From Myxococcota bacterium (GTDB taxonomy: Bacteria; Myxococcota; JACRCW01): 35,036 nt of DNA. Shown one piece after another: positions 7,823 through 19,800 of the stretch (within the stretch, counting starts at the first letter, position 1; each line of letters begins with the position of its first letter). Where the stretch lies: positions 1-35,036 of the forward strand of contig JBFMGU010000106.1 of NCBI GenBank assembly GCA_040752415.1. Direction: 5' to 3'. The translations under genes were made by a program, and so were the position numbers. The notes below the pieces were generated by a model. The model ran no database searches and was not told where the DNA came from. It saw only the letters and a program-made list of their open reading frames with translations.

Positions 7823-10800
7823 TCAGTACTGCGCCTGCATGCGGATGTACGGTCCGTAGGCGTTGCGGTCCGCCTTGGCGAACTCGTCGTCGGAGACGCG
7901 GCTGAAGTTGAAGCCCACCGCCAGGCGCACGAATGGCACCGGCACGAAGCCGATCTCCGTCACCACGCCGTGGTCGAGCTGGTTGCTCGTCAGCACCGTG
8001 CGCAGCCGGTACTCGAGCGCGAGGTCGATGTCGCCGGGCCAGCGGTTGAACCAGGGCACAAACTTCTTCAGCAGGCGGAACGCGTGATAGTTCGCGCGAT
8101 TGATCCACAGCGCCGTGAACGCGTTGCCTTCCTTGAGGTCATCCGTCTTCTCGCGGCTCAGCTTGAACGCCACCTTCTCGACGAGCTGCAGACCAAACGG
8201 CAGCTCCAGGACCGGCTCGATGCTCGCCACATCCGCCGTGGTGCGCTCGAAACGACCCTCGGTCAGCATCACGGGGCGCAGCTCCAGGCGATGGCGCAGC
8301 AGGCCCAACACGCTGAACCACTCGTGGTGCACCGGGCGGTATGCCAGACCCACCGCCGCTTCCTGCAGCGACGCCTCGGTGACGCGGAGCGTGCGGTTCT
8401 GCACGTCGGCGAGGTGGAAGCGGCCGATGAACTGCAGGTCATCCGTCCAGTTCCACGCGAGGCTGTTGGCGGTGAAGAAGATGAAGCGGTCGTAACCGCC
8501 GCGGCGCTCGTCGGCGTTGTCGTAGCGGAGCTCGAAGCGGCTGCTGACCTTCAGCCACTTCCACGGGTTGAAGCCGAGCTGCACGAACATGCTGTCGCGG
8601 CTGCCGCTGCCCTGGATGGGCGCGATGGCACCGTTGGCACCGGGCGCGCCGAACGCGTAGCTGTCGGAGACCGCGGCGGGAATCACGGTGCCGTCGGGAT
8701 TCGCGGTGGGCGGACCGCTGCCCGGTGACGACGTGCTGGCCCCGATGACCTGCATGCGCTCGTACCCGAGCGAGAAGGTGAGGCCCTCCATCAATGTCCA
8801 CTGGTGCGAGGCGCCCATCACGCCACGGCTCGTCCCGCCGCCAAGTCCGGTGTGGTCCACCTGGTATTCCGCATAGGTGCGGCTGTCCGGCGAGGCCGCG
8901 CGGCTTGCGCCGATCACCGACGTGTTGAACCAGCCGCCGGAGCGCGCCTGGAAGCGCTCGGCCACGTAGATGTCGCTGTCCTCGTCGACCTTGGTGCGCA
9001 GGCCCACCGTGGTGGCGTTCTCGCCGTTCCACTTGATGGCCTCGGTGACGTTGAGCTCCAGGTTCTCCACCAGCTTGATGCGCGCGCCGCCGCTCGTCGT
9101 GAGACGGTCATTCCAACGCGGGGCCAGGCGCTGGTCCGCGAGCACTGCGCCCTCCTGGCGGAGGAACAGCACCAGCCGGTCATGGATCCTCCAATCCACC
9201 TGCCCGGCGACGACGTTGCCGAGGTGCCGCTGGTAATCCTCGTAGCGCACGCGACCGAAGGTGGCGCCGTCCTCGTTCCACGTCAGCGCGTACTCGCCGG
9301 TGAGCGTGAACGGGCCCTCCTGGTGCTGCACCTGCGTGACGGCGATCTCGCGGTGGAGCTGACGGTACTCGCCCACCTGCGGGACCGTGTTGACCTCGGA
9401 CCAGATGCCATCCCAGCGCAGCCGCAGCCGGTCGCGGCGCGTCACCTGCCAGTTCCCGTCGACGCCGTACTTCACCTGGCCCTGGTCGTAGAGCGTTCCG
9501 TCGGTGAAGAAGCCGCGGCTCACGCGCTGGGCGTACGCGCGCGCGGAGAGGTCCGTGGCCGGACGGCCAAAGACCTTGCCCAGCGCCACCTGGCCCTTGA
9601 GCTTGAAAGCCGTGCCCTGACGCTCCGCCGGATACAGGCGGTTCCCCACGACGACAGCGCCGCTGTCCACGCTCTGGCCCAGCGGTTGATAGGAGAGGCC
9701 GCCGTCGTTGCTGATCGCGGCTTCCACGGGGATGGAGCGGGAGTAGGCGGCCTCGGCCTGCACGTAGTTGTCGTCGTCCCAGAAGAGACGGGTGTGCGCG
9801 CCGGCGAGCTGGTAGCTGGGCGAGTGATTGCGACGCCCCTCGAACACGTAGCCACCACCGACGGCGAAGTGGTCCAGCACCGTCTGCTCCGCGGTACCGC
9901 CCACGGCCACCTCGCTGAAGTCCTCGGTGCCCTCGTGTTCGTAGTCGATGACGAGGAACACCGGGTTGCCCGTGGTGACGGTGGTGGGATTCTGGTTGGT
10001 GATGAGCGTGGCGTCCGCCGTCGACGGGATGGGGTCGTTCATCATGATGCGACCCTCGCGGTAACGGATGACGTAGTCCTGGCCGCGGACCTTCTGGATG
10101 CGCGCGATCTCCTGCGCGGTGACCGCGTCGCGGATCACGATGTACACGCGCTCGCTGCCTTCCACGACGTCACGGTCCTTGAGGAAGTAGAGGCTGCCAC
10201 CAGTGCCGCGCAGCTCCACGTGCGCCGGGCGACGTGGCGTATCCCCGCCGGCAACCAGCAACCGTGCCCGCGTGTGACCGAGGTCGACGCCACCGAGCGG
10301 CTTCAGCTTGACGTAGCCCTGGTCGATGGTGGCCATGCCGGCGTAGCGCGAGCGGCTGTAGCGGAAGAGGTCACCGCCCTGGAGCTGCGCGAGCGCGTTG
10401 CCGACGAAGAGCTCGTTGTTGCCGCCGCGAATCTTCGCGTAGACGGGATAGCGCGCGCGAGCCTCCTGCACCTCGACGCCGTTGTCGCCGTAGGTGGGGT
10501 AGTAGACCATGTCCTGGGCAAGCAGGTCGCGCTGTTGCACCGGGTCGTTCCAGCGGCTGGTGTCGATGTGCAGCGTGGCCTCGAAGAACGGGATGCGCCA
10601 GAAGCCCTTCCAGCGCGCCTTGGCGTACGCCGCGCCGCGTCCGTAGAGGAAGACGGGGCCGCTGCGCAGGGAGAACCCACCGGGCCCCACCACCGGCGCG
10701 ACCATGTTGTACTGGGTGTGCTCGTCAAGCTGCGCGCCCGCGGCGCCCACGCCGGTATCCGCGAAGCCCATCAGGAAGAACCCGGTGAGGTCCACGTTGT

Positions 10801-13800
10801 AACGACGCGTGAGGGTGCCCTTGTTGCCGCGCACGTCGGTGGTCTCCACGGTGACCGCGCTGTCGCCCTCATTGAGCTTGACGATGGCCACGAACTGCCC
10901 GGTCACCGGGTCCACCACCGCGGGCTGACCGTTCACGCTGACGACGTTGAGCGGATGCGTGATACCGCGCACCAGCAGCTTGTCATTGCCCAGGCGCGTC
11001 CCGTCCGGCGGCAGATCCACCACGAGACTCGCCGCGCCCACCTCGCGCGGGTTGGGCATCCACGTCGAGGGATCGGGCTCGGTGGGCGCGGGCGGCGGCG
11101 CTTCCTCGATGACCACACCCTTGCTCACCATGAACACCATCGGGATGCCACCGGGACCGGCGGGGCCGGCGGCGGTCGTCGTCGGGTCCCAGGAGACGAA
11201 GTCACCGCCCTGCGGCTGCTCAGGCGCCGAAGCGGTCAGGACGGTGCCGTGCGCGGGCGTGGGGCCCAGGATTTCGTGCAGCGTCGGCGGGGCGCCCTCG
11301 GCGGCGGGGAGGGCGGGTTTGTGCTTCACCACCACGCGGCCACCCACGGTGTCACGCCAGGAGATCACCACCTCGCCATTCCGCGTGACGAACGCGCGCG
11401 TGTTGAAGCTGGTCACGCCCGACGGCAGCGGCACGCCGTTGACCTCCACGCGCGCGGGAGCGGGGGAGGGCGGGGCCTCCACCGTCGTTGGCGGATTGGA
11501 GAAGATCAGCTCCACGCGCTTGTCGATGTTGCGGTTGCGCTTGCTGGTGGAGATGGGCTGCTCCGAGCCGCGCCCCACCGCGATGATCTCCGCCTCCGGC
11601 ACGCCATTGACGACGAGAAGGTCCTTCACCTGGTCGGCCTGGCGCTGCGTGAGGAAGAGCGCCTTCATCTTGGGGCCCTTGTCCTCGGTGTGGACCTGGA
11701 TCTGCATGGTGCCGCCGGGCTTCTTGTGTTTGGCCACGGCGGTGCGGATGGCCTCCTCACCCCTGGAGGTGATGTTCTCGCCCTTCTTGTCGAACGGGTT
11801 GGTGATGACCACGGGCTTGTCGAGGTCCACCACGGTGAAGGTCCCGTCCGGGCTGTGTTGTGTGACGCCAGCGGGGAGCTCCACGGTGAGGCGGTAGCGG
11901 AACTTGCCAGCGCGCAGGACCGCGGCCCCCCCGGCGTTGCGGCCGGACCAGTTGAAGGTGGGCGGCGGCGCGCCGTCACCGGCCTCCTCGTGGATGATGA
12001 CCTCGTCCGCCGGGAAGAGCGGCACGTCGACCGGGGCGGCGCCCTCAACGGGAGCGGGGGTATTGTCGCCAACCACGCGCAAGGTCCAGCGCAGGGTCTC
12101 CGCGGGTGCGGTGAAGCGGAACGCAACCTCGCGGTCGAGCGTGCCCGAGCCGTCGACGTTGAAAGGCGCCTGCGGACCCTCGCCGATGGTGGCACCGACG
12201 GGAATGCTGGGCGCCACCGGGATGACCTGGTCGCCGACGAGGAGCTGACCCGTGGCGATGTCGCCCTTCACCTCGACGCCGGCGCTCCCCGGGGGAGGCG
12301 GCGCGCCCTCGGGGAACGGTTCCCCGGTGTACATGCGCGTGATGACGCTGCGCTGTCCCGTGGACGACATCATGTCCACCTGGAGCATGTCGCCAACCTT
12401 CAGTGGCACATCCAGGTCAAACAGCGTTTCCTCGTCGAGAGAGGTCTTCTGGCCGTTGACGAGGACGCGCGGCTCCACCTGGTAGGCGGGCACCGGCGGG
12501 CCCATGGCCGCGGAGGTCCGCGACCGCAGCACAATGCGCCGGTTCATCGCGCGCTGCGCGCGACCCAGGTTGGGTACCGCGGGCCGCTCACCGCCGACGC
12601 CCAGCGCGTCGATCTTCGACGGGACGAAGCCCAGCGCCGCCAGCTCCGCTTTCACGCGTTCTGCACGCGCCTGGTTCGCCTCCACCACCTGCTCGGTGGC
12701 GCGGTCGTCGCCGTGGACTTCGATCTGGATGTGCGCTTCCGCGGGGTTGCCAAGCTTGGGCGCTTCCTCCTTCAGCCACTGCTGGACGCGACGGTCCATG
12801 GTGTTCGTCTCATCGAACAGCGGGCCCGTGCTCTCGTCGAGGACGGCCTCGTAGGCATTGTCCGTGGGCGCGGTGTCGCCGGCGCGGATGCCAAAGCGGC
12901 GGGGAGCGGAGACGCCCAGGTCACCGTTGGTGGCCACGGCGGCCAGCGTGACCAGGTAGACGCGCCCCGCCTTGAGGACGAGCGTTCCCTGCTCGTCGCG
13001 GCCGTCCCAGGACAGCATGGCGGCGGGCGTCTCCTGGCCTTCCAGCACGTACACTGCCTCGTGCGTCTGCTCCTCTTCCACGACGAGACGCCAGCCGCTC
13101 AGCGGCAGACTGGTGTGCACGCGCGGGTGGAACCAGAGCTTCATGCCCAGCCCGTTGACGTCGTCAAACGCCATCAGGTTGGGGCCGGGGCCCTGGCCGA
13201 TGATGGGGTCGTCGTTACCGAAAGACACGCCCAGGTCCGCACGCACCGACTCCTGCCGCGCGCCCAGGAGCGACACATTGCGTTGACTCGCGACGCCGCG
13301 AATGTGGATGCGGTCCGGCATGGACGCGGGCGGCGGCAGCGCGGGCAGCGGGCGGTAGCTGTCCTCGTTGATCGTGACGTCGGGATTCGTCGCAGTGTTC
13401 TCCACGCAGCGCACGCCGAACGAGAACCGCGTGGGCAGACCGCGCGTGACGTAGAAGAGTTGGCGCTCCAGCGTGGTCATCTCCGCGCCGGCCGGCAGCG
13501 TGTCGTCGTCGATCTTGGCCAGGTGCGAGCCGGGGCGGACGCCGCTGAAGTGGAACCGGCCCGCGAGGTCCGTCTCCGCGTAATAGCCGGTATCGAGATA
13601 CACGCGGGCGCCGTAGACGCCTTCCTCCGTCGGGTCCTGCCAGCCGTCGCCGTTCTGGTCGCAGAAGACCTTTCCGAGGACCACCCCGTCGTCGAAGATG
13701 GGCTCGGGCCGGATGTCCACGCTGGCTTCCGCCTCATTGGACACGTTCACCTGGCCCGCGGCGGCACGCAGCACTGCGCGGTTGACCTGCTCACCCATTT

Positions 13801-16800
13801 TCACCGACGGACCCACCACGAGCTGGTAGCGGATCTCCGTCTCGGTCTTGGCGAGCAGGTCGAACGGCCCGAAGGTGAGGAGGCGGTTTCCCTGCGGGTC
13901 CGGCGTGGGCAGCTTCTCCCGACGGACGCGACCGCTGGAGTCACGCACCAGGCGGTCAACGCGCGCGCTGCCGGGAAGGAGCTTGAAGCCCGGCGGAATG
14001 GCGTCGGCGAGCTCCACACCACCCATGTTCTCCACCGTCATGTCCCGCGACGCCGTGTTCGTGGCGCGCACGGTGTACGTGATGATGTCGCCGACGCTGG
14101 CGGTGCGCTTGTTGGCCAGCTTCTGCAGGCGCACGTGTGAGAGCAGCGGGTCCACGGGGATGTGGTTGTTGAAGACGGGGCGGTCCGGCGTGAGGTCAAA
14201 GCGCAGGTAGTAACGGCGGTCACCATCGAGCTGAGGCGTGGCGCTGTCGACGACGTTTCCACCCGGGAACGTCCGCGCGAACGAGCCCATGGGATGCGCC
14301 ACGTTGTCATCGTTGGCGGGCGGGATGATGGTGGAGGGCCAGATCGACGTCGGAGACGGGCCGGTCAGCCCAACGCGGTACTTGCCAGGCCGCGGATCGA
14401 AACGGTAGCGCCCGTCGGTGCCGGTCACCTGGTTCTGCTGACCCTCGGGCAGGTCCGCCTCCGCCACCGGGACGTCGTTGTTCGGGTCGTCATCCTCGTT
14501 GTCGACGTAGAGGATCGCGGTCACGCCGGCCAGCGGCCGTCCGTCGCGGGAGTCATAGACCACACCGCTGGGGTCCACGCCCAGGTCCTGGACGCGACGT
14601 TCACCGCCGGTCAGCGCAGCCACCACGTGCTCCGCGAACTGCGCGCCGCCCTGGGAGACGATGCGCGCGCGATAGTCACCGGGAGCCACCGAGCTGAAGT
14701 GGAAGCGCCCGCTCTCGTCGGTGAGCGCGGTCATGATCGGCGTGGCGCGCGGGCCGGCATCCAGCGGCACCAACAGCACCTGGTAGCCGACGAGAGGCTT
14801 GTCCTTCCCGCCGTCGAGCTTCTTGTTGCGCTTGCCCACGTCCTCGAACACGGAGCCGCGCAGGTCGGCCGTGCCGGGGATGGCGCCAATCACGAGAACG
14901 GCGGGCCCCACGCTGGTGGTGGTCCCATCCTCGAGGACGACCACCGCGCCGTTGCGCAGCTCCGTACCGGCGTCCGCATTCCTGGAGACGAGCGCACGGA
15001 ACCGGATGGTCAACGAGCCGCCGGGCGGGATGACGGGTCTCACGTCGGGCTTCAGCGTGATCTGCGTGGGATCACCGCTGGCTTGGAAGCTGCCGGACGG
15101 CTCCAGCGAGGTCTCGACGAACGTCAGGCGCGAATCGAGCGCGTCGAGGAACCCATCCGGCGACCGCAAGCGCGCCTCGGTGGCACCGCGGTTCGGGATC
15201 TGAACCATGTACAGCAGCTCGTCACCCGGCTCCGCGAGGCCGCCGTCCAGGTCCACGACGGTGATGGATGCGCCGCTGACGTCCGCACCGCTGCCCGCAC
15301 GGGTCAGCACGGTGGGCTGATCGCCGGGGCTGGCCGGGTCGGCGTCGGAGTGCATGTCCGGCGCTCCGGTACGCTTGATCTCCGCCTGGAACTGCGCGGT
15401 GTTCACGGAGTTGAGCCGCACGCGGACGGTGGCGATCGTGGCGTCACCGCTCTCCAGGACGGGGAGGCGGATCCACCAGCCGCCGTCCTCGATGCCGCCC
15501 GCGTCGTTGTCCGCGGCCGCGGAGATGGGCGCGCCATTGAGCGTCAGCGTCTGCGGATAGATGTCCACGCCGTTGGGGATGGGCACGCGGATGAGCGCGT
15601 CGTGGGCGGGCAGTGAGCCGGGGTTCTCGAGGACCAGGCGCAGCGTGGAGGTTCCATCCGCGTTGGCAATGGACGGGTCTGCCTGCAGCCACACGCCGAG
15701 GATCGCACCGCCGCCGACGACGGCCTGCGTGGGATCACCGAGGATCTCGGGCGTGCGCGGGTCGTCGCTGGGAACCGGCGTGGTCTCCTCGGACTCGAGC
15801 CACCCTTGTGCGCTGATGCGGTAGCCGCGCGGGAGCGTGAGGAGGGCGCGCACCTGGAACGTGGCCACAATCGCCGCACGCGGTTCCAGGCCGCCAAGCA
15901 CTTCCCCAGCGGCGAGCGCGGAGAGGTTGCCGACGTCGTTGCGCTGCGCGCCGCCCACCCGCGTGGTGCCCGCGACGTACTCGGTACCCGCGGGGATGGG
16001 CATGGTGGCGCGCACGGTGTGGGCCGCGGCGGAGCCGTCATTGACGACGGTGAGGCGGAAGTTCAGCAGGTCACCCGGCTCCACCTCACCGCTGTTGACG
16101 TCGATCATCTCCAGTGACGACGCGCTCAGCCGCGGAATGGACGTGACCTCGATTGTGGCCGGGCCCATGGTGAACCCACCCGGCAGCTCCACCGAGCGCG
16201 CCGTGGCCACCTGGCGGATGTTGGTGCCGTTGGGCAGCGGCGAGCGGACCTGGGCGCGGAACCGCAACGTGACGACGTCGCCCGGTCGCATCAGTGCGAG
16301 CTGCGTGTTGTTGGACGCGTCCCAGGTCAGCTCGGCGCCGTTGCGCGTGCCGCCGTCCTCGGGAATGGGGTCGGTGAGGGAGGCATCCACCGGCGCGCTG
16401 ACCGAGACGCCGCGCGTCACCGACGTGCCGCTGTTGCGGACGGTGATGGTGAACCACAGCGTGTCGCCGGGCTCCACCGTGGCCGGCGGGTTGTTGATGA
16501 CGATGGTGGACGTGGTGAAGGACGGCTCGCCCTGCAACGTGAAGACCGTGGCGTCAACAGGGGCGGTGCGGGGGTCGTCGCTCTGGAGCGGGCCGCCCAA
16601 GCCCACGGCGGTCAGCGAGGCGCGGTTGGTGTACGACGTGTCGCCGGCGGCAAGCGGGTCCACGCGGCCGTCCACCCACAGCTCGACGCGCCCATTGGGC
16701 TCAATGGACGCGAGCGCCGCGGTGGTGTTGAGATCCCAGCGTGCCGTGCCATTCGTGAGCACGCCTTGCTGACCCAGCGTGACGTCGAGGAACCCCGCCG

Positions 16801-19800
16801 GCAGCGGGTCGGTGACGACCACCTGGAGCGCGGGCGCGCTGCCGCTGTTGGTGATGACCAGCGTGTAGCGGAAGCGGTCGCCGGGGATGGTGGGCGCGCC
16901 ATTGTTGTCGTCGAACGACTTGGTGAAGGCGAGGCGCGGCGCGGCCACCGTCATGATGGTGGCGTCGTCCACGGTGCCAGTGCCCGGGTCGTCGGAGGGG
17001 ACGCCGGCGGCGTTCTCCAGCGAGCGCACGGTGGCCTGGTTGGGAATGCGCGTCCCGTCGGCGGTGCCGGCCTTCACGCGGGCGCGGATGGTCAGCTCCA
17101 CGGGGGGATCGGTGGGCCGCAGTCGCGTCAGGGCCGGCGTGGTTTCCTGCGTCCAGCTCAGCAGGTTCCCCGACGCGGTTCCGCCCTGACCAACCTCCAC
17201 GACCTCCAGCGCGGCATCCAGCTCGTCGGTGACGGTGACGGTGCGCGCGGCGGTATTGCCGGTGTTGGAGATGGTCAGCCGGTACAGGATGACGTCGCCA
17301 GGAACGAGCGTGCCCAGGTTCTCGTCCTGCGCGGTCTTGGTGAAGCTGGAGAGGTCCACCACGGCGTTGACCGTGATCGTCGTGGGATCATTGGCGGCGC
17401 CCGTGGACGGGTCATCCGACGCCACCTCGGCCACGTCCTGCGCGCTCGCAAAGGCCTGGTTGTGGAGCTGCCGGCCGTTCTCCACCAGGTCCAGCACTTG
17501 CAGCACCAGCTCTACGCGGGCCTCACCGCCGAACGGCGCCACGTCGGGAAGGGTCCAGTTCACCGTCCGCGTGGCGGAGTCAAACACGCCGCCGCCCGTG
17601 GCGGAGATGAACGTCATGCCCTCCGGGATCTCGTCGCGCATGCGCACGGTCGTGGCGGTGGCGGAGCCCGGGTTGGTGACCGAGAAGACGTAGGTGACGT
17701 CGGTGAGCGGCGGCACCACGCGCGGGTTGCCGTCTGGGATGGACTTGGTGACGGCGAGGCGCGGCGTGGCCACCACCCGGAAGGTCGTGGCGTCGTTGGC
17801 CGCGGGTGTGCTCGGGTCGTCGGAGAGGACGGCGGTGATGCCCTGCCCGGCCACGCTGGCCTGGTTGGAGACCGTGGTCCCATTCCCCACCGTCGGGAGC
17901 ACACGCGCCGTGAACGTCACCGTCGTGGGCGTGTTGCCCGGTGAGACGCTGGCGAGGTTCCACGTCAGCAGGTTCCCACTCTGCGTGCCGCCGTTGCCCA
18001 CGCTCACCACCTCGAGCCGCGCGGTGTCGACGACGTCGGTGATGGCCACCTGGCGCGCGTTGGCGGTGCCGTTGTTGGTGAACGAGACCGTGTAGGTGAC
18101 CTGGTCGCCAGGCTCCACGTTGCCACCGTTGGCGTCGGTGAACGTCTTCTGCACGTTGCTGATGGTGGGCGTGGAGCGGACCGTCACGCGCGTCTGGTCG
18201 CCGCCGGTGGCGGTGGTGGGGTCGTCGGTGAGGAAGGGGGTGCCGGTGCGGTTGTTGAGGAAGAGCTGCGCCTGGTTGCCCACGGTGATGCCGTCGTCGA
18301 GCGGGACGGCCAGGCGGCCGGAGATGGTCACGGTGATGGTGTTGCCGGGTGACACCGACGCGAGCCCGGGGACCTGCGCGCTGGTCCAGCTCACCAGGTT
18401 CCCGCTGATGACCCCGCCGTTGTCCGCCGACGTGGTGATCCACTCCGCGGGCAGCGGATCCTCGATGACCACGTTGCGCGCGATGGCATTGCCGCGGTTG
18501 GTGACCGTGATGCGGTACTGCAGCGGGTCGCCGGGGCGGGCGGTGGTGATGGGATTTCCGCTGCCGTCGAGGATCTGCTTGGTGGAGGCGGAGAGGTCGG
18601 CGGCGCTCGTGATGCGGAGCGTGGTGGCGTCGCCCGCGGTGGCGGTGTTGGGGTCGTCGGACTGGACCGCGGGGACACCGTCAGCGGTGACGCGCGCCTG
18701 GTTGCTGATCTGCGTACCGTCGTCGAGCGGGCTGCTCAGCGTGGCGGTGAAGCTGAGGTCGACCGCGGTGTCGACCGCGAGCGTCTGCAGCCCGGCCACA
18801 CCCGTTCCATCCCAGCGGATTCCGCCGCCGCCCACATTGCCGCCCGCGGAGGGCACCAGGTTCAAGAGCCGGCCATCCACCGGGTCGGTCACGACGACGT
18901 TGGTGGCGTTCATGCTGCCGGTGTTCTGGACGCGGATGTCGTAGCGGATGTTGTCGCCGGGAGCGAAGGGCGCGCCGTTGAGATCGGTGACGGTCTTGGT
19001 CACCACCAGCGTGGGCGAGCTGGTCACGGTGAAGGTGGTGGCGTCGCCGGGCGTGGCGGTGTCGGGGTTGTCGGAATCCACGGCGGAGAGCCCGTCGGCC
19101 TGGATGCTGGCGCGGTTGCTGATGACGGTGCCGTTGTTCAGCGGCCGGCGCACCGTCGCCAGGATGCGCACGGAGCCCGAGCGACCCGCCGGCATCGACG
19201 CCAGCGACGCCTCGGTGTTGCGGTCATACGTCACGGTGGCGCCCGCGAGCTGGCCGTTGGTACCGGGGTCCACGCTGACCAGGTTGGCGTCGAGCGTGTC
19301 GCGGATGACGACGTTGGTGGCCGTCTCCGTGCCGGAGTTGGTGTAGGCGAGGTCGTAGGCAATGCGGTCGCCGGGGCGGAACACCGTCGAGCCGGGGTTG
19401 GTGACGTTGCTGAGCCGCTTGGTGATGGACAACCGCGGACGGGAACGGATGGTGATGTTGGTGGCGTCGTTGGGCGTGCCCGTCGTCGGGTCGTCGGACT
19501 GCACGCTGATGCCGCCGTCGGCGCGCGCGGTGGCGCGGTTGGAGATGACGGTTCCGTCGGCCAGCGGCGAGCTCACCGTCGCCGTGAACACCACCGTGAC
19601 CGGCGGGCCGGGCACCACGCTGAGGAGCGAGGGGACGCCGGGGTTCTGGTAGGTCACGAGCTGACCCGCCACGATGCCACCGTTCTGCGCCTGAATGCTG
19701 ATGAGCCGCGCATCCACCGGGTCCTCGATGACGACGTTCCGCGCCGGCGCGTCACCGGTGTTGGTGAGCACCAGCGTGTAGGTCACAACGTCACCCGGCA

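Noticed and set aside
7504..7859. Small ORFs within the palindrome (7504-7695, 7542-7859, 7559-7795)
   Set aside because: Mirror-image translations of the inverted repeat with no SD or transposase motifs
8804..14140. 1,778-aa plus-strand ORF, and other long ORFs opposite the giant gene
   Set aside because: Antisense shadow of a GC3-biased gene; Arg/His/Ala/Gly-rich translation with no domain motifs
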